Assembly: GCA_010909165.1 (NCBI GenBank)
Contig: MU008152.1
Coordinates: forward strand, 186,001 to 250,000
Direction: 5' to 3'
DNA: 64,000 nt
DNA from: Anthoceros angustus
Lineage: Eukaryota; Plantae; Anthocerotophyta
Shown: piece after piece, positions 50,801 to 62,550 of the stretch
How the letters are laid out: every line of letters begins with the position of its first letter
Numbering within the stretch: position 1 is the first letter of the stretch
Translations under genes and position numbers: made by a program
The notes under the pieces: generated by a model
Databases searched by the model: none
What the model was told of the DNA's origin: nothing
The model's input: only the letters and a program-made list of their open reading frames with translations

Positions 50801-51327
50801 TAAAATAAATTGCCCGATGTGGCTGGATTTTAAAAAACAAATAAAAAGGCTTTTTCAACCGGTTCAATCCCAAGGAGCGAAGGTGGTCCATTGGCATGAG
50901 GAACCAAGAAAGGTGCTTTTCACAAAGGTGGGCCCATCAAGAGTGTGTTTGGGTCTTGTTTGGGTGCAAACCCTTAAAAGAGGGTTTGCTTTTCATTTTA
51001 GAGGTCAAGCTGGCTAAACGACTCGGGTCTCTAAAAAGTGGAGCGCCTCATTTACTTGTGAGAGACCTTGTTGGTGCACGTGGATTCTTCCTCGCGAGTA
51101 CTTGCATCAGACAAGGATCAAGAGAGATGCATCGTGCTCGATACTATGATCCGATCCACAAAGCATCACAAGCTTGCTTGGTAGTAATGTATGCCAAGCG
51201 ATAGGTAGAATAGAAGAAATGAATTATCAAGTGAATAAACATGAAAACAAAAGGTATTTATAGTACAACGATTTAACCTAAATTGGTAGAGATATTAACC
51301 CGAGATGGTTACTCATTTAATGTAATG

Positions 51328-51500
51328 GTCCAAGTTTGTTATTCAAATTACGTATACTCACCGTTGGGAGGAGCCGCCCATCGCAGTAGCGTGAGCGCAT
51401 CATGGGGTTTTCAACTCATGCCATCATATCATGTCGCTAGAGTTTTCGTTTTTCCGAACGTTGTAGGTCATTGCTGGGCGAAGCTATGGACTTGTTTGCT
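51328..51500 (+). pseudogene. DNMT3-like methyltransferase, C-terminal part (motifs IX-X)
   Basis: GPSLL...HRWEEP...RERIMGF (51390-51410) and ERCRSLLGEAMDLF (to ~51497); directly follows the Copia A LTR and TSD. Confidence 0.8.
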
Positions 51501-51829
51501 CACCGTTAGTGAGCATTTGTCTCATGTTTCAAGTCTTGGCTCCGACCGAAGTTTTGTGGCATGGCGCTATCAGGAGCCTTCCTAACCGCCATCCGTGATG
51601 CGTGACACTTCTGCCTTTTCCCTTGCCAAGATCTGTACTTTTCACCATGTACCGGGAGGGGGACATGCAAGATGGAAATCCAAGCTCGCTATGGGTCGAT
51701 GTCACGATGTCACGATCCTTTGTTCGCACAACTTCACCGATCGCCTCTTCTATTGAGACTCTTCCGAGTATGGGTCCGGGTTAGCTGACCAATGGGGACG
51801 CAACGAATGATACCCGGGTTGTTGGTTCG

Positions 51830-52250
51830 CATCACTGTGACCGCTTTTGCTTTTTCGATGAAAGAGCTTTGAACTCGCAATGTTATGCGCCGTGACATTC
51901 CTTTGATCTCTTCTGAGCCTATCTATCTAAGAGACGCAGATTGTACGCAAGTAAGTCCCTGTAATCGGGCTATTGTGGATGTCACTGCCAGAACCGAGAG
52001 GTATGCGGACTTTGACCACGTGGTCCCGGAGTATCAGGATAAGTCCGGACCCCGCTCCGGATCAAAACGGGATAAGTACGCCAAGCAAGGTAACTTAGAA
52101 GTTGAGCGTGAGTTAGACAGTATACGCCACGTGGATGGTACCGGTAGACGGGCATGCACTGTGCAGACCGTAGCATTGCCGGGCGTTATAAGGTGTATTC
52201 ACGCCCGCTGCATCGCTGCACAGAAGGCCGAGTAGGCGAAGCTGCAAGGC
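51830..52250 (+). pseudogene. Gypsy reverse transcriptase N-terminal relic following the DNMT domain
   Basis: AFAFSMKEL, IPLISSEPIY / KRRRL, RAIVD, QGN; heavily garbled and truncated. Confidence 0.5.
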
Positions 52251-55146
52251 AGAGTAAGCCATGCAGACTCTAATAGTTAGGATAAGAGCCGCTCCGGGAA
52301 GTGCTATTCCGACGAGAGAAGCGAGGAGGTCATTCTTCCAACAACTTCAAGCGGGCGAAGCCAAGATTCTCCTCACGCCTGCATAACTCGGCCTCCTCGG
52401 GCTGTCTTTTGATCATCCCAAGATCCTTCCTTCAAGCCGCTCGACTGGCGAGTGAAGCAACCGACACCGCGATCGAGGAGCGGGAGATTGTGGAGCTCAC
52501 GCCAGAACGGACAAGGGAGTTTGGGGATGGGACCCAAGAAGCGGTGAGGTGTCGGAGCCATGGCGCTTGGTGGAGCGCAACATCGCCACCAAGCGCTACC
52601 CGACTTTGGTCCGTGGGCCGGAGGAGGCGGGAGTTGCGGGCGAATGGCACCGGACATTTTCGGTGCCTGACCTTCGGCTGGCCACCCTAGTCCGGAGTAC
52701 GCCGAAGATGCTGGCGCTGCCAACAAGGAGGTCCGATCCAAGAACTCGGGAGGACTCCTAGAGGTGGACCGGAGGTCCCGAGGGCGTATAACCGCCAGCA
52801 GAAGAAATTGGGGCGAGTTCCGCAAAGCCTCAAGGCAAGAGGAAGATAGAGGCGTAAGGCGGTTGCTGTGGACGCAACGAACAACCAACGGCCGGCGATG
52901 GATTTGCCTGGACAGAGGGTGAGAGCAAGGCTGTGATCATTGTCGCCCATCAACATGCTCACCAAGGTAGATCACCTTGGTGACACCCATCGTGTTCCCG
53001 CATAGAAGGGAAAGAGGGTGATTGGGGAGGATCATCTTCGCCGGTCAATCGTGAAGAAGCCGAGGTGCGAGAAGCCACCACCGCTCTGCCGTATCGCTGC
53101 TTTTGATTCATGTGGGCACGCTAACCTCCTCAAGGAGGGTGAAAGAGGAACAGCACTGGAAGGGCTAGCCGCCTAATGGGAGGGAGGAAGAGCAGGAGGC
53201 GAGGCCCACCGAGTAAGAGGGTCCGGGAGGAGGACGATCGAGGGAATTTGCATCATCCCTGAGCGACCTCGCCACCTAGGGAAGTGTGGAGGACATTCCC
53301 GCCTCTCCTCCCCGGTGCCCCCACCGAGCAACAAGAAGTGGAGGCACACAGGATGGGAGTTGGCGGCTCCAGCCCACTACCAGCCAACCCAACAACGACG
53401 CCGCCGAGCCCGCTGGCTGCTGAACCAAGAGGCGAAGATCGCCCGCCCCGCAACACCTGTGAGCCAGATTTTGCCTCGCCACCTGAGTGGCAAGAAGCGG
53501 AGGAGGTAGTACCAAGGGCGGAAAGGGACGCTGCCCAAGGAGCGGGAGGCCACTGCGCAGCCTCACCCGAGCTCTGCCCTGCCTCTCGACCGGGAGAGGG
53601 AAAAGGGCCAGCCCCTGACCCTTCACCACCTCCAAGCCTTGAGAAAAAAGGGAGCACCAAGAGGGCCAAGGAAGGTGAGGTCTGAACCTCAAGACTCGTG
53701 ACCCATGACTTAATAGGTCCCAGAGCCCAGCCTGACTCGCCCGGATCAGCATGGTCTTGACGGACCAGAGATGCCCGCGCCTGGGACTTTCTGGCATATC
53801 TCCCGGGCCGGAAGAAACGCGCTGAAGTTTTAGCCACCAACATGGACGATAAGCTTTGGGGGCCTCATGACAGAGAGAAGACCCAAGAAGTAGAGGCCAC
53901 CCGAGAAGGATGGTGGAACTCAAGGGCAGGAGGCGGCCCTGTGAGGCGTTGCATGGAGTCCCTTGCTTGAATCGAGGAGGGAAAACGCTGGAGGCGGAGC
54001 GAGATCCTGGACGGTCCAAAGAAGACCGATCCAAGATCCTTCAACCGGTGCATCATGAAGAGTGCGCAGAGGCCCAAGACCGGCTGAAGACCTCTGCAAA
54101 CGGAGGCATGTAAGGAGGCGAGGAGGGTCAGGGCGGCGAGAACGCGACCGGCCCTCGGCGGACTCACCACCAAGCCGGGCGAGTGTGAAGGCGGGCGCGA
54201 GGCGGAGGCTGGGCGGCGACGACCGGATCACTACCGACATGATCGAACCGGTGGAGAGAAGTAGCCTGCTAACCTCAAGGCCAACAGTGGCGGCGGAGGG
54301 CGCGGCGAGCCGCAAGGAGAGATGGAGGTCAAGACCCGAGAAATAGGGGACTCCTGTGCGCTTGGAAGAAGTGGAGGAGCGGGCGCAGGAGCCGGAGGAC
54401 AAGAAGGACACTGAGCCGCAACCCGTGACGCGAAAGCAAGGGATTCTCGGGAGAATCCAAGACTTCGAGGAGATAGAGCGCCCCGCTTGAAGACGGAGGA
54501 GAACAAAGGCGTCCAAGGAGTTCACGCCGCAAGGTCAAGTGAGAGCCGGAGGCCGTGAGTTTGACGGGATACCGCCCGCCTGGAGAAGGAAGTGACTCCG
54601 GAAAGGATGAACGGAGGGATGAGAGCGGAGGAGGAGCAGGCCGCTGTCCGATTGCGAGAAGTGGGGGAGCTCCATGGCCAAGAACTGGTCGGAAACGACG
54701 AAGGGAGGAGGAGCACAGCAACAAAGCAGCTGCGGAGGTGTCGGAGGCCGCCTTGGCGGCATCAAGGGAGTCCGCCCGGCCACGATTGGCAAGCCGGGCG
54801 CGAGACGGGCCAAGAGCCGGGACAACACGCCCACCGCCGAGCACCTCCGGGAGGAGGGAGTACGGTGCCCGGCCCATGTGGAGGAGGCAATTCAACAAGT
54901 CGACTGACTTTGCCTACTACCACGCTGGGAGCTTCTCAAGGCACCGGAGGTGTCGCGCCACCGCAGTGGACTAATTCCTGACGGCGAGGAGCGAGGAGGA
55001 AGGACCCGAGATAGCCTACCACGGAACCTTAGGAGCGCTTGACTTATTTACAGCGGCGGGCGAGTGGGAGCAGCAGGAGGAGCAGACATAGGAAAGGCCT
55101 CTGCCTAAGGTAAGCATCTGCACCCCACCACGGACGGGAGGGGGCC

Positions 55147-55859
55147 TGAGGGGTGAGAAGGGACGACTGGCAACCGAACAATGGAGGACTGGGGTGAACC
55201 AGAGAATCCAAAGGGGAAACCCAGTAGCTGTGAGTCCTGACTTTGTCCGGACTCAGGCCGACCCCGAGGTCCGCCCGAAGAAAGTCCGGACCTGAGGTCT
55301 AGACCTGACGAGAACGGACCCCGAGGTCCGGGACTCAGAGAGAAGACCGACCCAGAGGTCCGAAGCTAGGTCGAGGTGACCACCCCGAGGTCCTGACTCG
55401 TGAGGTGAGGAGGAGCCCGACTGGCGGGAGAGCAACTGGGCCGTGGCCCCATCTGGGGACCCACTCGGGCTGGGTGGGAGGAAGACGCCATGACCGTCAT
55501 GGCCGCCGAGAATCGCCGACGCATAGCCCAACCCCGTGACGAAGGGAAAAGGTCCCGCGGATCATCCGATTGCGCGCCGCAAACGCCGAACGGGAATTGG
55601 CTACCAAAGGCCGAGGCGAATCAGCGCAATTTCGCCCCCATCACCGACGCGAGATAGGGGAATAAGGGAAATAGTAGGCGGCCGATTAGGCACACCGAGC
55701 TGGCCAACGCCCCATTAGGTAATAAAGACGCCGACTTCTATGAGTATAAGAGGGCCGAGGCTGCTCTAAGGCAAAGTATCTTTCTTTGGTGTTGATGCCG
55801 CTGCCTTCTTGGCAGCCCCGGCGCGTGCCTTCTTGTTGCTTAACGTGAGTCCCGAGTCA
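55147..55859 (+). repeat. Possible LTR of another (Tat-like?) retroelement
   Basis: Preceded by purine tract GGGAGGGGGCC; starts TG, ends CA; internal GACCCCGAGGTCC sub-repeats at 55260-55395; TATA-like TATAAG at ~55745. No partner LTR. Confidence 0.35.
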
Positions 55860-56169
55860 TCGAAAGGTGCCGACAGCCTCCGAGAGACCGATCAAGGTCC
55901 CGGTGACCGACCCTAACGGTGGTGGTGTGGAAGAGCAACTAGGGACCTTGCTCTGCCCGCAGCAGGCCCAGCCTGGACGGACCGAACGCGGTGAGCCGGA
56001 GGGACTCCGGAGGGCGCAGGTGAGCCGGAGGGAGAGGCCCGGCAGAGACGGGAGGAGGTCCCGACCGCAGCCACCCGCTGCTTTCAAGGACGATGAGTGT
56101 AGTGGGAGAGTGGTGAGAGGAACGGACCAGAGGGACGAGTGATCAACTTGAACGACACGGACGCGAACG

Positions 56170-58900
56170 GGTCCTTAAATGTTTGGCTGCACCAAGCTCG
56201 CTCGGTGAACGCTATGGTAGTTAGGCGAAACGATGAATGTGTGTGATGAGACCGAACGTTACTAAGTGAGGTGAGAAACGATTATTGAAACGTGGCAACG
56301 GAGCCTATCATTCTCTTGGGAGTGACCCCTTACTACAACGACACGGATTGTTGGCGCGCCATCGCCGCAAAGTCGCACTACAATGAGGCTGGTCTCATAC
56401 GGCCTTCTACATCCGACGGCGGCACCATGCTTTTGCCACCAAAGAAGAAATTTAGGGTCTCGGGCGGAGAAGGAGTGCGTGACTATCGGCCCATTAACGT
56501 CACATCGCCAAGACCGTTATCCCGGCATGCCCGCTTTAAGAACCGCTCACCAAATATGGACAATGGGCCCGACATATTTTCTGTTACCGACGGCTAAGCG
56601 GTTCAACTGTCTCCTGGCTACAAGAGGATATCAAGAAGATGTGATTTCACTTGCCTCAAATACCGTGGGAAAGGCCGCTATGCCTCGTCCAATGCGACGT
56701 ACCAAAGATTTTCCAATTTATTACACAAGGTATTGTCCGGCAAGCAGTTTACATCTACTCATATATCGATAATGTGTTGGCAGCATAAGTAAGGATTTTG
56801 AGTTACCCAGTGCACTTGGAAGACCACTGAAAGGTTGCAAAAGCTCCTATGATGGCTACACCCAGCCAAATGTGAACTAGAAATGGACATCGAGCATATT
56901 TGTATTATCGCATTGTTCCTAAATTTGCATTAGTGCCCCTGCGCCAAGGCTCATATACCGTGCCATTCCGAGGTAATGACCTACTAATTTGTCTTCTTTA
57001 CGCGCCAGACAGGGATTTGCAGTGTACTATTATTGGTAGTCATATACAAGATTTCAGAAGTATCAAGTAAGTTTTCGAATCAATTGTTGCGCAATATGTG
57101 ACATAGGATCTGGGATGCAGGCCCCGCCAAAAGGCATTCGAGATATAAAGACAAAACTTATGCATCTACCGCGCTTATGGCAACGACCGATTACTCTTGT
57201 AACAAGGTTTCTTTAGTTCTTCACTTACCGGGAGTCGAAAATGAATTTCGGCTTGAGTGTTAGTTACTCGTAGACAGATGCAGCTATGAACGAAAGCACA
57301 GACATGCTTCCACGCAGTTAAGAACAATCGAGTCGAGTCTAACTATCTCACGCCCAGGAGGGAGAGTGTTTAATGCAGCTTGGGGGTCTGGCTATTTTAG
57401 GCCGCACTTCTATGGTGCGCTTTATATTGGTTATAGATCATCGCCCACTCAAGTGTCCTCGATGACGCAATACTTTGAGTGGTAAGGTGGCTTATGGGCT
57501 TATGACGCAAGATTACGACTTTGAAGTGGCGGCACCGGCCTGAAGTTGTCATCGATCGCCGACTGTCACGCCATCCCATGGCCAGCGCCAGGATCCTCAC
57601 GTAGGCTAGGCAAGACCATTAGAAGATGATGTGGTGCTACATCTCGTTGCGTACCCATGTTGGTCGCACTTAGAGATCAAGACCACACATGCTACTATTC
57701 GCCGGCGCCCAAGTCGGGATATCACGGAAGATGAGGCAATCCATGCTTCATCGTGCTTGCGGTGCATCGGGCTGTATCTCACCGGTTGTCCTATTGATTG
57801 GCAAGACCGCATCAAGCACCGTGCTTCAGTACATCTTGGCGGGATGGATATCTCTGTGAGAAAATTAGTCTCTGGAGCTTCAGGCCGCTTTGGTGCCACC
57901 TCCTCGGGGATCGGGTAGCCTTAGTCATGCGAGCTCACCGATTTAGACGTCATTTGGCATCAAGCGGACTGTCTGATACATACGCTCATTGTACCTTCAT
58001 TTCCATTGGTACGTGCAGCATGTATAAAGCGGCTGGGTGCGAGATGTGGTTGTTGAGGAAGTTACTTTATGCACGCCTAAAGAGTGATTGGATCAAGGCT
58101 TGCCAAAAGGCTATTATGGGCTATCGCATGAGTAAATACTGCTTTGGCGGCACATTTTCACCATGTACTCTACATCATCCAAGTAGGTCAAACAAAACAA
58201 AGGATTGGATCACAACACGAGTCTCCTCAGAATGCGATTCTCGCACCGGTGAGTCGTTTTGGGGTTGGCGCTCATCGCCACAAAGAAGCAACGCGCTGAT
58301 CACTTTCAAGTGTTCACTCCAAACTGACAAAACTTAGATTGTCTCAAAAGTTGATGTGATTCATTGTAAGCTACCATATCCGACTGCTCAGCGCAAAGAA
58401 GACTCTAACAATCACCTACCACTTTGCTCTCCTGCACTTTTATCTTCGTGTCGAGCTCCGGCCATGCATCCACAGATCCCATCATCACCTGAGCACTCAT
58501 CTTGTTCCGCTGGCCCACGTCCATGGACTGAAAGTGCAGCTGATTTCGACTATCGCCGTCTTCTAACTCTAATTGTGAATAAAATGCAAACCGCTTATTC
58601 ATCACAAAAGATGACTCACTACCTCAAACAACCATGCTTGTCTATATGCTCTTGATTCCAGCAGTAACTTGGCACCGACTCAAGGGTGTAAGGATCATGG
58701 CATGTGGTGTCGTGAAAAACAACCAGCTGACCAAAACTCTCACCTCTACACTCTTGTCATACAACAGTTCTGCAGGAATACTATCATGCTAGTTCAACTT
58801 GTCACACTCCAACTAGGTCTTCAGCAATTCACATAAAATGGAGCCCACCGTTGATGACGGCATCTCAATAGAAAAGCAAATCTACATCATCAGCCCCAAA
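56170..58900 (+). mobile_element. Degenerate Ty3/gypsy RT-RNase H-integrase
   Basis: EAGLIRPSTS, LPPKKK, DYRPIN, NATYQR, YIDNV, LHPAKC; RNase H ESNY..EGECL, YFRPHFYG, ILVIDHRPLK; integrase HFGIKRT, IMGYR.S. Confidence 0.8.
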
Positions 58901-58969
58901 GATTGAGTCCGGCATTGTGCCCCGACTAGGGCCGACCTGTTGATTATACTAGAATTTTGGTGCTACCAA

Positions 58970-59878
58970 AGAAGCGGTAGCAAGCCTGTCACGCTGATCG
59001 AGGACAATACCACAGCCCTTCCGGCATCATCGTGAGAGGGTAGGCAGTAAAATAAATTGGAATCCGCTTATGTTGCAACTTCTCCTTGCAATCCGTCTGA
59101 ACTGGTCATCTATCGTTAACCCCAAAATTTAACATAGGCATCACTTAAAAGCGGGATCCGGTTTGGGTAATACCACAATTGTGGAATCTAGATTTGGCAA
59201 ATGGCATGAAGTGCGCCCAGTGGTCAGTGTGATCTTTCAGATGCGCCCACATCCTTACCACAGAAGCACTAGATACTACCACTATCAGTATTTCCTTGAT
59301 GCATGACACATAGCCCGGTTAGGCCAATGACGTCTCCAATGTATCGGTTGTCATCATTTGCCGCAGATACACATAATCTCCCACATGAAATTTGCGTAGC
59401 TTGGGCGACAAGTACCACTAAGGTGTAAGCATAGCGAAGCGAATCCTATCTTGGCGTCAATTCGAGATTGGCCATGGCCATGGTCATAGCTCACGGAAAT
59501 AAGCGACACGTTAAGCACGACTCACCTTAGCCCACCTAGCGATTGGGATTGTCCAGGTCTCTACCACATGTTGCATATCCTTAGCAGCAACCAGCAGTGG
59601 CAGCTGGATCACGTCCAAAAGCAGTAAAATATTGAGATACCCGACATTGAGCTCCATTTTATGTGTGGGTGGTTGTTGGGCTGAGTGTGCTTTGACCCAG
59701 ACTAGCACATGATAGTATTCCTGCGAGAATTGTTGTAGCAAAGAGTGTAGAGGTAGAGAGTTTTGATAGGCTGGTTGTTTTTCACGACAATCGTCGCTTG
59801 CCCCACTACATCCCGACCTTGCGGGACTAGCCCCACGTTCACACACGAGACTTCCTCGAGTGGTTCTAGGGTTCGAGG
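58970..59878 (-). pseudogene. Inverted Gypsy integrase C-terminus with PHD finger (second copy 62551-63458)
   Basis: FGRDP, AMANL, RKFHVGDYVYLRQ (59396-59359), KDH...CHLPNLD, and CN.GF...YCL..PLTMMPEGLWYCP (59027-59001). Confidence 0.7.
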
Positions 59879-62550
59879 CGGACAAAGCCATGACTGGCAG
59901 TCATATGCTCCTTGGTGTCCCTACCCTCGGTGTTGACTCCTCCCAATGTATAAGAGCTTTACTTCCATGCCCTGTCCAGGTGTGCCCATTCCTCACAGTG
60001 ACACTAACTTCTACGCGTCATCTACGCAGTGGCTATGGAAGCATCCTTCAACCAAGTCGCTGATTGATTACAAGGATCCCAAGTGTTAACGTGTAAGTGA
60101 CTAGGCTTGACCCCAAATGACCCTCGCGGTTCGTGGATCCTAGACCCCCCCCTCCTCCGCCTTGCGTTCCTCAATTGTTCCCTCTCCCGCTTTCGCGGTT
60201 TGTTGTAAGTTCGGGAGCCGACAGGGGAGCAAAAAGAGCGTTACAAAGGGGAATTGCACAGCTGCGCACCTTCCCAACCATCATCTTCTTCCCGAAGGGC
60301 AGTTTTTAAGAGCCATCAAGGCACCTGTCCGACCGTCCAGGAGCAATGAACGTAGGAAACTCCTTTAGCTTGCTTTCGTGGAAGCCTCCAACAGAGACAT
60401 TTTTGTATCATATTAAGAATTGTTTCTGCAAGTCCCTTGCAAAATTGGCATGTATGCCACCGCAGCTCCTTGTGAGAAGGCCAGACCAGCCCTCCAAGGC
60501 TATCTGTAGCGCTGTCATACGTAGCCCACGATTGTTTCTGTCTACATGGCCACATGGTAAAGGCTGTCTACATGCAATAGATAGGCAGCATTGCATACGT
60601 GCATGCCAATGCAGTGTCATGAGTCCTCATTTCGCTTTACATTTGTAAGTTTATCCTAAACCATGCTGATGGGTTTTGAAGTCAAGGATCCTCAAGTGGA
60701 CCGTGCGGGGAAGAGGTTGGGGTTGCAATCCCGAGGGCCGTGTAGGAGTTTAAACTTAGGGTCGCGGTCATGGCCGAGTTTGCACGGATCCCTTTTCCTT
60801 CCTTAGTGGGTAACTGTGCAGGCAAGATATAGACCAGCATTACGGACTCTCTGTGTATAACAACATTAATTACGGAGGATGGGTTTTTTCGGTCCTCAAG
60901 CCGTGTCGAAAATTAGGGTCGACTGTGATCGGGGTATGGCGGATTTAAGCAATGTCGGCCCGCATGGTCCGTTTCCTTCCTTAGTAGATAGTGTGCAAAA
61001 GGAAAAGAGGTTAGACCAACATTATGACTCCTGTAGCAATATTAATTGTTCGACTTTAATTTACTTGGACAGAGGAAACAAAACAACCCAAATGACCGTC
61101 CTTCCTTGCGCGCTTGCATGTCCAAATGGAGAAATGGAGGAATGCGCTTCCTTGATGCCACCCACACATGGATGCAAGGCCATGAATGGCACCGTGACTG
61201 CATGCCCACTCCCCTGAGGCCAAAATCTCGCCACAAGGGTCTCCTAAAACTATAATTCGTCTGCCTCAATCCGCCAGATCTAGCTCATCCTCGCATCCCA
61301 GGTGCCTTCGCTCGAACCTCGAAGGGCCATCCTTCGAGTTGTTGGTCCCTGCAATTGACAACATGGAAAAATATGAGTGTCAAGCATAACTATGCAACGA
61401 GCCGAGTGCTACTCATCCATTTTCCGACAAGTGCTGCTACTCAAGGCAAGAATATCTTACCACTTGGCCCCATTCATCTTCCCCACGCCTGCTTCCTACA
61501 CATGTTACATGTACATAGCTGAACATGACATAGGAGTTGAACATGACATAGGAGTTGAACACATTTTACATTGAGCACATCTAAAGAGAGCTGAAGAAAA
61601 CAAGCTTCACACATGTATAAACTTGAGTTAAGTTAGGAACCAAAAGACAAGAGCTAAACGTGATATTTTACATTGAACATACATCCACTTTTGACATCAT
61701 ATTTCAAAATCAACTTCATACCTAAACTTGAGCCAGAGACCAAAACTCCTTACGGTGTTGCCGTCGCAAGTGGCTCTGCTCTTTCTGGAATACTCTGAAG
61801 TAAAATATAATTGAAGCTCTCAATCTCCTCCGACTTTGTAGTGACTAGTGCACCTTCTCCATCCTTCCCGTCTTCGAGGTTAGAATAATCCCACGTTCTT
61901 CTAGTACCAATGCACACTGTGCAAATGGTGTCTCCGAATGCTCATCCATCACAATCTTTGTGGGTTTGTTGCATTGTGGGCAATCATCAAGCTTGTCATC
62001 CACCATCTGACAACATTCGGACCAATTATATGCCATCATGAAATCGTATCTTGAGAACTTGAGACAATATCACCACCTTCACTCTCCTTAGAGCAGCAAC
62101 CATCAAATCAAGGTTCAATATACTCAACCAAAGACATGCAAGGTACACACAACTGCCCAACCGAAGACAAAAAGATGGATTGTGTTTCATGTAGCTCTAC
62201 CACATATATACGCTGAACGTGTTCCAAAACTCGACCATTGATCCTAAACTCAATCTTATGATCCTCTATTTAAAACATAGATTATTTTCATAATCTTTTA
62301 ATCCTTTCAAGAAATCAAACTATCTTTCTTTTAAGTTTAAATAAATAATATTTCTCATTTTTCTTAAACTCTCTAGTTTTCATCCCTCACGTAGTCATCC
62401 ACAAGCTATTTCATAGTTGTGTCTCCACTTTGGATTACTCCATCCTTCATGTACATATAGCATAGATACGCTGCAAAAAGCGTTCATAGAATGTTCATAG
62501 AATCTTTGCTCTTTTGGGGATATCTATTTTGTGAAATGATATAACGACCC
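59879..62550 (+). pseudogene. Truncated APR copy (last three exons, introns and ~2.2 kb of downstream flank; source 20162-22901)
   Basis: Collinear with the APR thioredoxin-domain exons (GCTATGGAAGCATCCTTCAACCAAGTCG, CCCAACCATCATC); indels and CG->TG/CA changes; ends at ATAACGACCC as at 22892-22901. Confidence 0.88.

Larger units (their letters stand above)
38350..51072. mobile_element. Large DNA transposon (DDE, possibly Sola-like) carrying a ParB-like/amino-methyltransferase gene
   Basis: Candidate ends AACAAGGTCTC.../...GAGACCTTGTT with weak similarity further in and a candidate 4-bp TSD GGTG; AT-rich subtermini; transposase relic on +, ParB-MTase relic on -. Boundaries are tentative. Confidence 0.45.
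32008..51322 (-). mobile_element. Ty1/copia element A (short LTRs) inserted in the DNMT domain, itself hosting further insertions
   Basis: LTRs 32008-32182 and 51147-51322 (extra copy 30988-31156); PBS TAGTATCGAGC (Met-i-like) at 51136-51146; PPT AAGTGGGAG at 32183-32191; RNase H tail relic (TMEQAA...GLTR...HLGFTG) at ~32200-32400; TSD GAATG/TAATG. Confidence 0.8.
23200..52250 (+). mobile_element. Ty3/gypsy retrotransposon carrying a DNMT3-like cytosine methyltransferase between protease and RT, interrupted by nested insertions
   Basis: Collinear + strand relics: Gag with two CCHC knuckles (26164-27244), DTG protease (28058), C5-MTase motifs I, IV, VI and VIII (30273-30780, 31347-32007), motifs IX and X (51390-51494), then the RT N-terminus (51830-52250). 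No 3' LTR in view. Confidence 0.8.

Noticed and set aside
55255-55400. GACCCCGAGGTCC repeats with variable spacers resembling a CRISPR array
   Set aside because: Repeats are only ~13 bp, degenerate and irregularly spaced; no cas genes; eukaryotic LTR-like context.
56170-56400. Treating this RT as the seamless continuation of the DNMT-Gypsy RT after an insertion
   Set aside because: It repeats the same N-terminal RT segment as 51830-52000 with different sequence and no TSD, so same-element identity is unproven.
59520-59560. HLSPPSDWDCPG on the + strand looked like a PHD finger
   Set aside because: The - strand here encodes integrase in a coherent series of motifs; the better PHD match is on - at 59001-59080.
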